From an uncultured Corynebacterium sp. (GTDB lineage Bacteria; Actinomycetota; Actinomycetes; Mycobacteriales; Mycobacteriaceae): DNA of 64,000 nucleotides. Positions 44,480-54,231 of this stretch are shown piece by piece (the first letter of the stretch is position 1; each line of letters starts with the position of its first letter). The stretch covers positions 14,143 to 78,142 of the forward strand of contig NZ_CALLDG010000052.1 of the NCBI RefSeq assembly GCF_937999985.1, given 5' to 3'. The position numbers were made by a program, and so were the translations under genes. The notes below the pieces were generated by a model that saw only the letters and a program-made list of their open reading frames with translations, ran no database searches and was not told the DNA's origin.

Positions 44480-47101
44480 ATGACGAGCTTCAACCCCACC
44501 ACAATGACCCAGTCTGCAATGCAGGCTGCACTCCAGGATGCCTCCGCCAAGGGCAACCCGGACATTCGACCGGCGCACCTGCTCGTTGCGCTGCTGGAGC
44601 AGGAAGATTCCATCGCCCTGCCAGTGCTGCAGGCCGCAGGCGTGGAGCCGCAGACAATCTCGGTGAAGGCTAAGAACCTGGTCGCCGGATACCCGCAGGC
44701 CACCGGTAGCGAGATGGCAAACCCGCAGTTTAACCGTGACGCGCTGAACGCGCTGACCGCTGCCCAGGAGCTGGCGGAGCAGCTGGGCGATACTTATGTT
44801 TCCACCGAGGTCCTGCTGGCCGGTATTGCCAAGGGTAACTCCGACGCAGCCAAGGTGATGCACGACGCAGGGGCCACCTTCGAAGCTATCCGCGGCGCTT
44901 TCGAATCTGTTCGCGGCAACCGAAAGGTCACCACCGAGGAGCCGGAAGGCCAGTTCCAGGCGCTGGAGAAGTACTCCACCGACCTGACCGCACGCGCCCG
45001 CGAAGGCAAGATCGACCCCGTGATCGGACGTGACCAGGAGATCCGGCGAGTCGTCCAGGTGCTTTCCCGTCGCACGAAGAACAACCCTGTGCTCATTGGC
45101 GAGCCTGGCGTCGGTAAAACCGCAATCGTCGAAGGCCTGGCGCGCCGCATCGTCGCCGGCGATGTGCCCGAGTCCCTGCGCGGCAAGAAGCTAATCAGCC
45201 TGGACCTGGGCTCCATGGTCGCCGGCGCGAAATACCGCGGCGAATTCGAGGAGCGGCTGAAGGCTGTGCTGGACGAGATTAAGGAGGCCGAGGGCGAGGT
45301 CATCACCTTCATCGACGAGCTGCACACCATTGTCGGTGCTGGTGCGGGCGGCGATTCCGCCATGGACGCCGGCAATATGATCAAGCCGCTGCTGGCTCGC
45401 GGTGAACTGCGACTGGTCGGTGCGACCACTCTGGACGAGTACCGCAAGTACATCGAAAAGGATGCCGCGCTGGAGCGCCGCTTCCAGCAGGTTTATGTCG
45501 GCGAGCCGACGGCGGAGGACACCATCGGTATTCTGCGTGGCTTGAAGGAGCGCTATGAGGTGCACCACGGCGTGCGCATCCAGGACTCCGCGCTGGTGGC
45601 GGCCGCGACCCTGTCGGACCGCTACATCACCAGCCGCTTCCTGCCGGATAAGGCCATCGACCTGGTGGACGAGGCTGCTTCCCGTCTGCGCATGGAGATC
45701 GACTCGCGACCCGAGGAGATCGACAATGTGGAGCGCGTGGTCCGCCGCCTCGAGATTGAAGAGATGGCGCTAGAGAAGGAGACCGACGCTGCCTCGAAGG
45801 ACCGTCTCGAGCGCCTGCGCAGCGAGCTGGCCGACGAGAAGGAAAAGCTGGCCGGCCTGACCGCCCGCTGGGAAAACGAAAAGGGCAGTATAGACAGCCT
45901 GCGCGAGCTGAAGGAAGAGCTGGATAACCTGCGCCGTGAGTCCGAAATCGCCGAGCGCGAGGGTGACTTCGCAAAGGTTGCCGAGCTGCGTTACGGGCAT
46001 ATCCCGGACGTGGAGAAGAAGCTGGCCGAGGCTGAGAAGACCGTGGCCGAGCAGCAGGAAGGCATGATGCTGACAGAGGAGGTCACGCCGGATACTATCG
46101 CCGACGTGGTTTCCGCCTGGACCGGCGTGCCCGCGGGCAAGATGCTGCAGGGCGAGACCGAGAAGCTGCTCAACATGGAGCTCGTGCTGGGCGGCCGCGT
46201 GGTTGGCCAGCATCGTGCGGTCGATGCCGTGTCTGATGCGGTGCGCCGTGCGCGCGCCGGCGTGGCGGACCCGAACCGCCCGACTGGTTCCTTCCTGTTC
46301 CTAGGTCCGACGGGTGTGGGTAAGACGGAGCTGGCGAAGGCTCTGGCCGACTTCCTGTTCGACGACGAGACCGCCATGGTGCGCATCGACATGTCGGAGT
46401 ATGGCGAGAAGCACTCCGTCGCCCGCCTGGTCGGTGCCCCTCCGGGATACGTCGGTTACGACGCCGGTGGCCAGCTGACCGAGGCTGTGCGGCGCCGCCC
46501 CTACACGGTGGTGCTGTTCGATGAGGTGGAGAAGGCGCACCCGGACGTGTTCGACGTGCTGCTGCAGGTGCTGGACGAAGGTCGCCTGACCGATGGCCAG
46601 GGCCGGACCGTGGACTTTCGCAACACGATCCTGATCCTGACCTCTAACCTCGGCGCCGGCGGCACGGACGAGGAGGTCATGGAGGCCGTGAAGCGCGCCT
46701 TCAAGCCGGAGTTCATTAACCGACTCGACGACGTGCTGATCTTCGACCCGCTGTCTGCCGAGCAGCTGAAGTCCATCGTGTCTATCCAGGTGGGCGATCT
46801 GGCAGAGCGTCTTGCGGCCCGTCGTTTGGTTCTGGATGTTACTGATGACGCCCAGTCGTGGCTGGCCGAGCACGGCTACGATCCTGCCTACGGCGCCCGG
46901 CCGCTACGCCGCCTGATCCAGAAGGCGATCGGCGACCAGCTGGCCAAGAAGCTGCTGGCCGGTGAGGTGCGCGATGGTGACACGGTGCGCGTGGACATTG
47001 ACCGCAGTGGCGATGCCGGTGCTGGCGCTGACAGTGCTGGCGTGGCTGATGCTCCGGGACTGGTCATTACGTCGCTCGGCGCCGTTGAAGACGAGGGCTA
47101 A
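44480..47101 (+). CDS. clpB: ATP-dependent chaperone ClpB
   Basis: 873 aa. Two AAA+ modules ([30 protein letters not shown]), a coiled-coil middle domain and a Clp N-domain. Confidence 0.97.
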   Translation: MTSFNPTTMTQSAMQAALQDASAKGNPDIRPAHLLVALLEQEDSIALPVLQAAGVEPQTISVKAKNLVAGYPQATGSEMANPQFNRDALNALTAAQELAEQLGDTYVSTEVLLAGIAKGNSDAAKVMHDAGATFEAIRGAFESVRGNRKVTTEEPEGQFQALEKYSTDLTARAREGKIDPVIGRDQEIRRVVQVLSRRTKNNPVLIGEPGVGKTAIVEGLARRIVAGDVPESLRGKKLISLDLGSMVAGAKYRGEFEERLKAVLDEIKEAEGEVITFIDELHTIVGAGAGGDSAMDAGNMIKPLLARGELRLVGATTLDEYRKYIEKDAALERRFQQVYVGEPTAEDTIGILRGLKERYEVHHGVRIQDSALVAAATLSDRYITSRFLPDKAIDLVDEAASRLRMEIDSRPEEIDNVERVVRRLEIEEMALEKETDAASKDRLERLRSELADEKEKLAGLTARWENEKGSIDSLRELKEELDNLRRESEIAEREGDFAKVAELRYGHIPDVEKKLAEAEKTVAEQQEGMMLTEEVTPDTIADVVSAWTGVPAGKMLQGETEKLLNMELVLGGRVVGQHRAVDAVSDAVRRARAGVADPNRPTGSFLFLGPTGVGKTELAKALADFLFDDETAMVRIDMSEYGEKHSVARLVGAPPGYVGYDAGGQLTEAVRRRPYTVVLFDEVEKAHPDVFDVLLQVLDEGRLTDGQGRTVDFRNTILILTSNLGAGGTDEEVMEAVKRAFKPEFINRLDDVLIFDPLSAEQLKSIVSIQVGDLAERLAARRLVLDVTDDAQSWLAEHGYDPAYGARPLRRLIQKAIGDQLAKKLLAGEVRDGDTVRVDIDRSGDAGAGADSAGVADAPGLVITSLGAVEDEG

Positions 47102-47277
47102 TACCTGACGCTTTTGGCAGCCCAAAGCTACTCCGAGCGTCTGGTTTGTTTTGAGTGAGGTTGGCAAACGTTTGGTTGTAAAACTAGAGTGTGAGGCACG
47201 CCACAAGGCGACCGGGGTGGCGAGCTGAGCGTGGCCGCCCCTGGGCACACCCGACCTCTACTCAAAGGAGTACTCAT

Positions 47278-48798
47278 ATGACCGTCTATGCTGATCCTGG
47301 TACCGAAGGTAGTGTCGTCAATTTCAAGGAGCGCTACGGCAATTTCATCGGTGGCCAGTGGGTGCCACCTGTCGACGGCGAGTACCTGGACAACGTTTCA
47401 CCCATCAACGGCGAGGTGTTCTGCCAGGTTCCGCGCTCGAAGGAAGCGGACATTGAGAAGGCAATCGACGCGGCAGAGAAGGCTCAGCCCGGCTGGGGAG
47501 CGACCTCCGTACAGGACCGCGCCGCCGTTCTGTTGAAGATCGCCGACCGCCTGGAAGAGAACCTAGAGATGATGGCCGTCGCTGAGACTTGGGATAACGG
47601 CAAGGCGGTGCGCGAAACCCTCGCCGCCGACCTCCCGCTCGCGGTTGACCACTTCCGCTACTACGCCGGTGCTCTCCGCGCCCAGGAAGACCGCACCTCC
47701 CAGATCAGCGAAGACCTCATCGCCTACCACTTCAACGAGCCACTTGGTGTGGTCGGGCAGATCATCCCCTGGAACTTCCCGCTGCTGATGGCTGCGTGGA
47801 AGCTTGCCCCCGCCATGGCCGCTGGCAACGCCATCGTGCTGAAGCCCGCCGAGCAAACCCCGGCCAGCATCCTGCTGTTCGCAGAACTCATCCAGGACAT
47901 CGTTCCGGAAGGTGTGCTGAATATCGTCAACGGCCTGGGTACAGAGGCGGGCACCGCGCTCACTGCCTCCGACCGTATCGACAAGATCGCGTTCACCGGC
48001 TCCACGGAAGTCGGCAAGATCATTAACAAGGCGGTTGCGGAGAAGCTTATCCCCGTCACCTTGGAGCTCGGCGGCAAGTCCCCGTCGGTGTTCTTTAGCG
48101 ACATCATGGACCAGGACGACAAGTTCCGGGAAAAGTGCGTTGAGGGCTTGGCCATGTTCGCGCTGAACCAGGGCGAGATCTGCACCTGCCCGTCCCGAGC
48201 CCTGGTGCAGGAGGATATTGCCGAAGATTTCCTAGCCCTGGCCATCGAGCGTGTGAAGTCCATCAACGTCGGAAACCCACTGGACACGGACGTTATGATG
48301 GGCGCACAGGCTTCCCAGGAGCAGATGGATAAGATCACCGGCTACCTGCAGTCCGGCCCCGAGGAGGGTGCACAGGTGCTGTGCGGTGGCGGTGTAAACG
48401 AGATCTCGGGCCGCAGCGGCGGTTTCTACATCGAGCCCACCATCTTTAAGGGCACCAATGACATGCGCCTATTCCAGGAGGAAATTTTCGGTCCGGTCCT
48501 GGCCGTGACTACCTTCAAGGACTTCGATGAGGCCATGCGCATCGCCAACGACACGGAGTACGGTCTGGGAGCGGGCGTATGGTCCCGCAACGGCACCACT
48601 GCATACAAGGCTGGCCGCGCGATTCAATCGGGCCGCGTGTGGGTGAACAACTACCACAATTACCCAGCCCACGCGGCCTTCGGTGGCTACAAGAAGTCCG
48701 GTTTGGGGCGTGAGACCCACTTGATGATGCTCGCGCACTACCAGCAGACCAAGAACCTGCTGTGGTCCTATTCGGATGAGCCGTCGGGGCTGTTCTAG
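47278..48798 (+). CDS. ald: NAD-dependent aldehyde dehydrogenase
   Basis: 506 aa from the ATG at 47278 (AAAGGAG ribosome-binding site). ALDH motifs ELGGKSP and catalytic-Cys region [11 protein letters not shown]. The N-terminus [28 protein letters not shown] resembles corynebacterial Ald. Confidence 0.9.
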   Translation: MTVYADPGTEGSVVNFKERYGNFIGGQWVPPVDGEYLDNVSPINGEVFCQVPRSKEADIEKAIDAAEKAQPGWGATSVQDRAAVLLKIADRLEENLEMMAVAETWDNGKAVRETLAADLPLAVDHFRYYAGALRAQEDRTSQISEDLIAYHFNEPLGVVGQIIPWNFPLLMAAWKLAPAMAAGNAIVLKPAEQTPASILLFAELIQDIVPEGVLNIVNGLGTEAGTALTASDRIDKIAFTGSTEVGKIINKAVAEKLIPVTLELGGKSPSVFFSDIMDQDDKFREKCVEGLAMFALNQGEICTCPSRALVQEDIAEDFLALAIERVKSINVGNPLDTDVMMGAQASQEQMDKITGYLQSGPEEGAQVLCGGGVNEISGRSGGFYIEPTIFKGTNDMRLFQEEIFGPVLAVTTFKDFDEAMRIANDTEYGLGAGVWSRNGTTAYKAGRAIQSGRVWVNNYHNYPAHAAFGGYKKSGLGRETHLMMLAHYQQTKNLLWSYSDEPSGLF

Positions 48799-48816
48799 CT
48801 CTTTTCTTATGGACGC

Positions 48817-48863
48817 CACCCCGGCCTCAACCGCACTCGTTGTCAGCGCGGGAGGCCGGGGTG
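48817..48863. terminator. Hairpin between convergent ald and the DUF4333 gene (possible bidirectional terminator)
   Basis: 12-bp perfect stem CACCCCGGCCTC (48817-48828) / GAGGCCGGGGTG (48852-48863) with a 23-nt loop. The flanking T tracts are weak. Confidence 0.45.
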
Positions 48864-48879
48864 TGTCGTATTTGGCGAA

Positions 48880-49239
48880 TTATTCCGCCTGGTCAGCGAC
48901 CTCCACGTTGTAGTGGACGTTGTCACCGTCCACGGAGTCCGCGGTGACGTCTACGCTGTACGTTTCACCGGAATCGTGCAGCTTGCACTCAATCTTCGCG
49001 CCCTCTTCCGCCTTCAGACCGCTGGGGCATTCGATGCGCTCTGGCTTGCGGCCAACCTCCTTCTCCAGGGAATCGGAGATGCCCTTCTCCACATCCGCTT
49101 GGGACACCTCTTTTTCGCCGAGCAGGGAGCAAGCGCTCAGGCCGGTGACGGCCAGCGCGCCGGTCAAGAAAGCGGCGCCGAGGCGCTTGGAGAAGTAGGC
49201 GGAGCGGGCGGGGTCAGCGGAAGTGCGGATGTTGTTCAT
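48880..49239 (-). CDS. DUF4333-domain lipoprotein
   Basis: 119 aa. Lipobox LSAC. Mature part with the IECPSGLKAEEGAKIECKL pattern typical of DUF4333. Confidence 0.7.
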   Translation of the reverse strand: MNNIRTSADPARSAYFSKRLGAAFLTGALAVTGLSACSLLGEKEVSQADVEKGISDSLEKEVGRKPERIECPSGLKAEEGAKIECKLHDSGETYSVDVTADSVDGDNVHYNVEVADQAE

Positions 49240-49492
49240 GTGGAGCAGTTTCTTTCTCTCGTTTGTAGCTGGTGGCGTGCTGAAATGCCTCTTCAGGCAT
49301 CCGGGGTATGGAATGTCGCCCCTTGGCGAAATGTTCCCCAGCGTGCAGTACGCTGCACGGTTTAAACTTAATCGATGCTGAGTATGTTTGTCCGGGAAAC
49401 GCAGGCGTCAATAAGAGGGTGCGATAAAATACCCAGAGCAACGGAGCGCACAGCACAAAGAGAATACATATAGAACAGAAGAGGGAGCCTCC

Positions 49493-50866
49493 ATGGACTT
49501 TACGGTCTTTGACCTGCTGATGGATGTCGGCATGATTTCGGTGCTGCTGATTATCGGCACGTTTATGAGGCGCCACTTCGAATGGTTCCGCAACCTGCTG
49601 ATTCCCGCGCCGATTACTGCGGGCCTGCTCGCGCTGCTCCTCGGCCCAGAGGTGCTGGGCCTGCTGCCGTTCTCCGGCGCGCTGGGCGATTACTCCACCC
49701 TGCTGATCGCCGTCGTGTTTGCCTCTATGCCGTACAGTATGACCTTCGCCTCCAACGATGCCTCGAAGGCGAAGAACATGTGGGGCTTTTCCACCTCCAT
49801 GTTCCTCGGCCAGTGGGGCATCTTTATGCTGCTTGGCCTGCTGGTTTTCGGACCGGTTTTCGATACTCCAGAGTGGTTCGGCATGATGCTGCCCGTCGGT
49901 TTCGTCGGTGGATTCGGCACTGCCGCGGCCGTCGGTGGCGCGTTCGGGGATATTGGTGCGGACGCCGCCATGTCCCTGGGGTTCACCTCAGCGACTGTCG
50001 GTACGTTGGCCGCGATCATCGGTGGAATTATCTTCGCAAACTGGGGTATCCGCACCGGGCGCACGTCCACCCTGCCAGAGAAGCTGCCGTGGGAGCTGCG
50101 CTCTGGCCAGATCGAGGACGAAGCCAAGCAGCCTTCCATCGGTAAGGCCACCACGAACCCATCGTCGATTGAGCCCCTGGCTCTGCATGCCGGCTTCATC
50201 GCAGTGACCGTAATGTTCGCCTACATCGGCCAGCAGATCATCGGCCACTTCTTCCCGGCGGTATCGGTGCCGCTGTTTGCCCTGGCATTCGTGGTGGGCA
50301 TTGGCGGTAAGGTCTTCCTGCACGTCATCAAACGCCCGAAGTACCTGGACCAGCAGACGGTGAAGTCGATCTCCGGCGCGTCGACGGACTTCATGATCGC
50401 CTTCGGTATTGCCTCCATTAAGCCGGACGCGGTGGCGAACTACCTGGTTCCGCTGGCGATCCTGTTCGTGCTGGGAATTGCGTACTGCAGCCTGTTCTTC
50501 TTCGTTATTGCGCCGATGTTCTTCGGCGATAAGTGGCTGGAGCGCGGCATCTTCGGCTGGGGCTGGGCCACCGCCGCCGTGGCTACGGGTATTGCACTGC
50601 TGAAGATCGTGGATCCGGATCTGAAGTCCGGCACGATGAACGAGTACGGCATGGCCTATGTGGGCTATGCGCCGATCGAAATTGGCATGAACATCCTCGC
50701 CCCGATCGCCGTGATAGCCGGCCTGACCTGGGGTATCGGAGGTATAGCGACTGCCGCGGCGGTGGGCATTATCGTCTTCGCCGCAGTGCGGGGCTGGTTC
50801 CCAGAGAGGACAGGCAAACGGCCGGGCAAGGGTAAACGCTCCGGAAAGGCGGCCGCGGCGGGATAG
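49493..50866 (+). CDS. Sodium/glutamate symporter family (GltS-like) transporter
   Basis: 457 aa polytopic membrane protein. The N-terminal pattern LIPAPITAGLLALLLGPEVLG and the overall length and architecture resemble GltS/ESS family members. Confidence 0.6.
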   Translation: MDFTVFDLLMDVGMISVLLIIGTFMRRHFEWFRNLLIPAPITAGLLALLLGPEVLGLLPFSGALGDYSTLLIAVVFASMPYSMTFASNDASKAKNMWGFSTSMFLGQWGIFMLLGLLVFGPVFDTPEWFGMMLPVGFVGGFGTAAAVGGAFGDIGADAAMSLGFTSATVGTLAAIIGGIIFANWGIRTGRTSTLPEKLPWELRSGQIEDEAKQPSIGKATTNPSSIEPLALHAGFIAVTVMFAYIGQQIIGHFFPAVSVPLFALAFVVGIGGKVFLHVIKRPKYLDQQTVKSISGASTDFMIAFGIASIKPDAVANYLVPLAILFVLGIAYCSLFFFVIAPMFFGDKWLERGIFGWGWATAAVATGIALLKIVDPDLKSGTMNEYGMAYVGYAPIEIGMNILAPIAVIAGLTWGIGGIATAAAVGIIVFAAVRGWFPERTGKRPGKGKRSGKAAAAG

Positions 50867-50909
50867 CGTGCGCAACATCGGCGGGCGCGAGGTTCTACAC
50901 TAAGCAACT

Positions 50910-51797
50910 ATGAGCAACTCTTCTGCCCAACAGCAGCCCGCCAGCCCCTTCGTCTCCGGTGAGGAGATGCTGGAGGCTTTCCAGCGGGGCGAACGCATGA
51001 CCGTGATCGACTCGCACTGGGCGCGCACCGAAAACAGCGCCTGGGAGGCATACGTGGGGCAGCACATCCCCGGTGCCATGTTCTGTAACCCCCTGATGCA
51101 CCTGGCTTCTATCCCGTCCCGCCGCAAGGGCCGTAACCCTCTGCCCGAGCCGGAGCGCCTGCAGAAAAGCTTCGACGATTGGGGCATTACGGATGGTCGC
51201 CCTGTTTATATTTATGACGCCGGCGCCAACCTCTACGCGGCCCGCGCATGGTTCGTTTTCCGTTGGGCAGGTGTGCAGAATGTTCGCATCCTGGACGGCG
51301 GCACCAAATCTTGGGAGGCCGCAGGCGGCGACGTTGCCGGCGGTATCGGAGCACTGCGCGGCCGGGGTAACGTGGAGGTACGCCCGGGCAGCATGCCGAC
51401 CCTCGACCTTGAGGAAGTGGAGCAGTGGCGCGAGGAGCGCATCCTGGTGGATGCCCGTGAGGCCTCCCGCTATTCCGGTAGAAAGGAACGCTTCGACCAC
51501 CAGGCGGGCCGTATCCCCGGGGCCATCAACATCCCGGTCAAGGAGCTCTTCAACAACCACAGCGAGCGCGATAGCAGCGCCAGCGGCCGCGTGAAAACCC
51601 CGGAGGAGATCCGACAGATCCTCGCCGATAACGGTGTGACCAGCGGTGACGACGTGTGCGTGTACTCTGGCTCTGGCCTGCACTCTTCGCTGTTTATCGC
51701 CGCGATGGAATACGCGGGCCTGCCAGGCGCGAACAACTTTGTAGGAGGTTGGTCCCAATGGTCCGCTTCCGCCTCGCGCCCCATCGAGCGCGACTAA
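50910..51797 (+). CDS. Two-domain rhodanese-like sulfurtransferase homolog (SseA-like) with Ser at the expected catalytic Cys position
   Basis: 295 aa. Tandem rhodanese domains. The active-site loop reads DDVCVYSGSGLHSS, where MST/SseA-type enzymes have ..CGSGVTA. C-terminal GGWSQWSA is conserved. Confidence 0.7.
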   Translation: MSNSSAQQQPASPFVSGEEMLEAFQRGERMTVIDSHWARTENSAWEAYVGQHIPGAMFCNPLMHLASIPSRRKGRNPLPEPERLQKSFDDWGITDGRPVYIYDAGANLYAARAWFVFRWAGVQNVRILDGGTKSWEAAGGDVAGGIGALRGRGNVEVRPGSMPTLDLEEVEQWREERILVDAREASRYSGRKERFDHQAGRIPGAINIPVKELFNNHSERDSSASGRVKTPEEIRQILADNGVTSGDDVCVYSGSGLHSSLFIAAMEYAGLPGANNFVGGWSQWSASASRPIERD

Positions 51798-51808
51798 ACT
51801 GCGGGAGT

Positions 51809-52408
51809 ATGGATCCCAACTTTTCCCTGGATCCCCGTAGGCCTGGCCAGCAGCGCGAAGTGGCTGCGCAGAACCGCTCTGCGAAGTTTCCCGTTGTGAC
51901 CCCGCTGTCGGGGACAGCCGTTAGCCTTGATTCCGTCCCCGATCCGATCCTCGCCACCGGCACCATTGGCGCCGGAGTGGCGGTGATCCCCGATGCAGGT
52001 GTGGAGGTCGTGCAGATTCTCGCGCCTATCGGGGGAGTGATGAAGCGCGTGGCGCCGAACATGTTTGTGATCCAGACGCAGCCCGCGCCTGGAGGCTTGC
52101 CCCAGGAGCCTGGCGCTCACCCCGACAACTTTCACGCGGAGACGCTGGCCGACCAGCCGTCGATCTTCATGCAGTTGGGGGTGGATACTGGGCGACTTAA
52201 CGGCCAGGGATTCGACGTGCACGTCCAGGAGGGCGACCTGGTGCGTCAGGGAACTCCTGTGTGCACGTACGCTCCCCGGGAGTTGGGCCGGATGGGGTTC
52301 GATCCGGTGGTGATGGTGTTGGGGCTGCAGATGGGGGCGTCAGAAATAAAGCTTGACGTGTTCTCCGGCGAGCCTGTGATGGACGGCGACAACCTGTTCT
52401 GGGTGTAA
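51809..52408 (+). CDS. Stand-alone PTS EIIA(Glc)-like domain protein lacking both conserved histidines
   Basis: 199 aa from the ATG at 51809 (GGGAG ribosome-binding site). Aligns by eye to E. coli Crr (PLSG..V.L..VPDP, GVDTGRLNGQGF, DPVVMV), but the two active-site His positions are Met85 and Gln122. Confidence 0.65.
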   Translation: MDPNFSLDPRRPGQQREVAAQNRSAKFPVVTPLSGTAVSLDSVPDPILATGTIGAGVAVIPDAGVEVVQILAPIGGVMKRVAPNMFVIQTQPAPGGLPQEPGAHPDNFHAETLADQPSIFMQLGVDTGRLNGQGFDVHVQEGDLVRQGTPVCTYAPRELGRMGFDPVVMVLGLQMGASEIKLDVFSGEPVMDGDNLFWV

Positions 52409-52424
52409 AGGGGGTGCGTGGGCA

Positions 52425-52883
52425 ATGACACGGAGGATTTTTAGCATCCTGTCGGTGGTTGGCATGATTCTGGCGCTGTCGCGGGTGGTGGAGATCTTCA
52501 CGCCGCAGCAGCTACAGAGCATCGCCGGGGTTTATTTTGTGGTGCTGGCTGTGCTTCAGGTGTGGCCGCTGGTGGCCACGCAGCGCAATAGTTATGGGCA
52601 CCGGCGGCACCCCGTGAACCGTCTATATACGCTGATGAGCGTTATCGGGCTGGTCGGGACGGCACTGCTGGCGATGGTGTTTTATCTGCTTTCGCCGATC
52701 TGGCTGATCGTTGTCGCGGGCTCGCTGATGATCATGGGGATCGTCGGCGCGGCCGTGCTGGCTTTGTTCGCCGCACCGTGGGATGACTGGTCTACCCGCC
52801 GGGGCCGCGACGTCGACGATGAGCTTTTCCTGCGCGACGATGAGCCCGTGGAGGACGTCTGGGACAAGAGCTTCCGGACGTAA
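52425..52883 (+). CDS. Hypothetical 4-TM membrane protein
   Basis: 152 aa. Four hydrophobic helices and an acidic C-terminal tail. Starts 17 nt after the EIIA-like gene. Confidence 0.5.
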   Translation: MTRRIFSILSVVGMILALSRVVEIFTPQQLQSIAGVYFVVLAVLQVWPLVATQRNSYGHRRHPVNRLYTLMSVIGLVGTALLAMVFYLLSPIWLIVVAGSLMIMGIVGAAVLALFAAPWDDWSTRRGRDVDDELFLRDDEPVEDVWDKSFRT

Positions 52884-52936
52884 TTCGGACTCAAGCGGCG
52901 CGGAGGATGCCGGGGCGGCGCTGGCTGGGTACGTGC

Positions 52937-53851
52937 CTATAGCCCATGCTTCCGGTTGATCAGCCAGTGCATTGTCGCGGTCGGCAGCACGCGTGAGAGC
53001 GGGAAGACCACCGGCGCCATTGAGCCGGTTGCGTACAGCGGCTTGGGCCGGGCCGCGGTGATGGGCTTCAAAATTTCCTCGGCCACGCGTTCGGCGGAGA
53101 TGCCATTGGCCTCGTTGTTATCCAGGTTCGTCAGCATGGTGGTGAACTCCGCGCCGTAGGGGCCGTGCAAGTCCACGTACTTCGTGCGCCTCGTGGATAG
53201 CCCGGTGTTGATGGAGCCGGGTTCCACCACGGATATGCCCACGCCGAAGGGCTGGACCTCGCGCCGGGCGGCGAAGGCGAATCCCTTGATCGCGGCCTTC
53301 GAGGCGACGTAGCTGCTGCGATAGGCCAGCGGGAAGCTGCCCAGCATCGAACCGACCATCACGATGCGCCCGGCCCCTTGTTGCCGCATTGTCGGAAGGA
53401 TTTTCTTTGTGACGCCCACTTGTCCCAGCACGTTGATCTCAAATAGACGGTGCAGGGCATCGTCGGGGAGCTCCTCCAGGGGGCCGGACTGGCTTTCGCC
53501 CGCGTTGTTCACCAGCACGGTTGGTGGGCCGAGGGCGAGGGCGCGGGTTGCGAACTCGTCGATGCTGGAGGGGTCTTCGAGGTCGAGCGGGAGGTATTCC
53601 ACCCCGTCGATGGGGTCGGTGATGTTGTCGGGGTTGCGGCTGGTGCCGATGATGCGGTCGGGGACGTAAGCGTCTGCGCCGGAGTTGCCGGATCCGGCAG
53701 CAGTGGCGTCGGCCTTGAGCTGTGCTAGGGCGGCGACAGTTGCGCGGCCGATGCCGGAGGAAGCGCCGGTGACGATAGCCACTCCGCCGCTGACGGCGGG
53801 AAGTGGGCGAGAAGGGCTGGGGAGGATGCTAGAAAGTTTTGCCATGCTCAT
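52937..53851 (-). CDS. Short-chain dehydrogenase/reductase (SDR family)
   Basis: Cofactor motif VAIVTGASSGIGRA and catalytic YVASKAA. Start at 53851 or 53845 (MSMAKLSS...). Confidence 0.85.
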   Translation of the reverse strand: MSMAKLSSILPSPSRPLPAVSGGVAIVTGASSGIGRATVAALAQLKADATAAGSGNSGADAYVPDRIIGTSRNPDNITDPIDGVEYLPLDLEDPSSIDEFATRALALGPPTVLVNNAGESQSGPLEELPDDALHRLFEINVLGQVGVTKKILPTMRQQGAGRIVMVGSMLGSFPLAYRSSYVASKAAIKGFAFAARREVQPFGVGISVVEPGSINTGLSTRRTKYVDLHGPYGAEFTTMLTNLDNNEANGISAERVAEEILKPITAARPKPLYATGSMAPVVFPLSRVLPTATMHWLINRKHGL

Positions 53852-53979
53852 TATTTTGGCTGCTGGAGTGGGGGTATGCGGGCGGAATGAGATTTTTCGC
53901 ATTGTCCGGATTCTTTAGTGATCCGTCGCACTACGGCTATGATGTGGGAGAAAACTGCATATGTTCTTGCCGCTTTTAG

Positions 53980-54180
53980 CTGTGGTGGGAGAGGCTCGGC
54001 GCTCGTTATGCGCCGGCCGCCGACGGAGCAATTCCTCCCCAGGACACTCTCAGGCCCCAAGTACCGTCACAGTGAGGCAACTCTGGAAAGACCCGCGCGC
54101 AGTCGTGTGCACGCGGGCGCCGAAGGAGAAAAGCCGGGTTGACCGGGTGAAGCTCTCAGGCACAAGCGACAGAGTGGGGA
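53980..54180 (+). promoter_or_regulatory. Tandem glycine riboswitch (two aptamers) in the gcvP leader
   Basis: Aptamer 1: GGGAGAG...GCCGACGGAGCAA...CTCTCAGGC. Aptamer 2: CTCTGGAAAGAC...CGCCGAAGGAGAAAA...CTCTCAGGCACAAGCGACAG. These match the conserved GGAGAG / ACCGAAGGGGCAA / CTCAGGCAAAAGGAC blocks. The boundaries are approximate. Confidence 0.8.
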
Positions 54181-54231
54181 GGGCTCCTTTTAACGACCGT
54201 GCACTTACGACCGGAAAGTCCCTATAAAGCC

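Noticed and set aside
47160-47180. The palindrome CAAACGTTTG (47165-47174) upstream of ald as a RamB-type operator.
   Set aside because: It only partially resembles the AAAACTTTGCAAA-type box as I remember it. It is a single occurrence with no supporting context.
49342-49359. The hairpin CGTGCAG-tacg-CTGCACG in the divergent region between the DUF4333 gene and the GltS-like gene as a regulatory RNA.
   Set aside because: It is a short 7-bp stem in a promoter region with no recognisable riboswitch or attenuator context. There is not enough evidence to call a feature.
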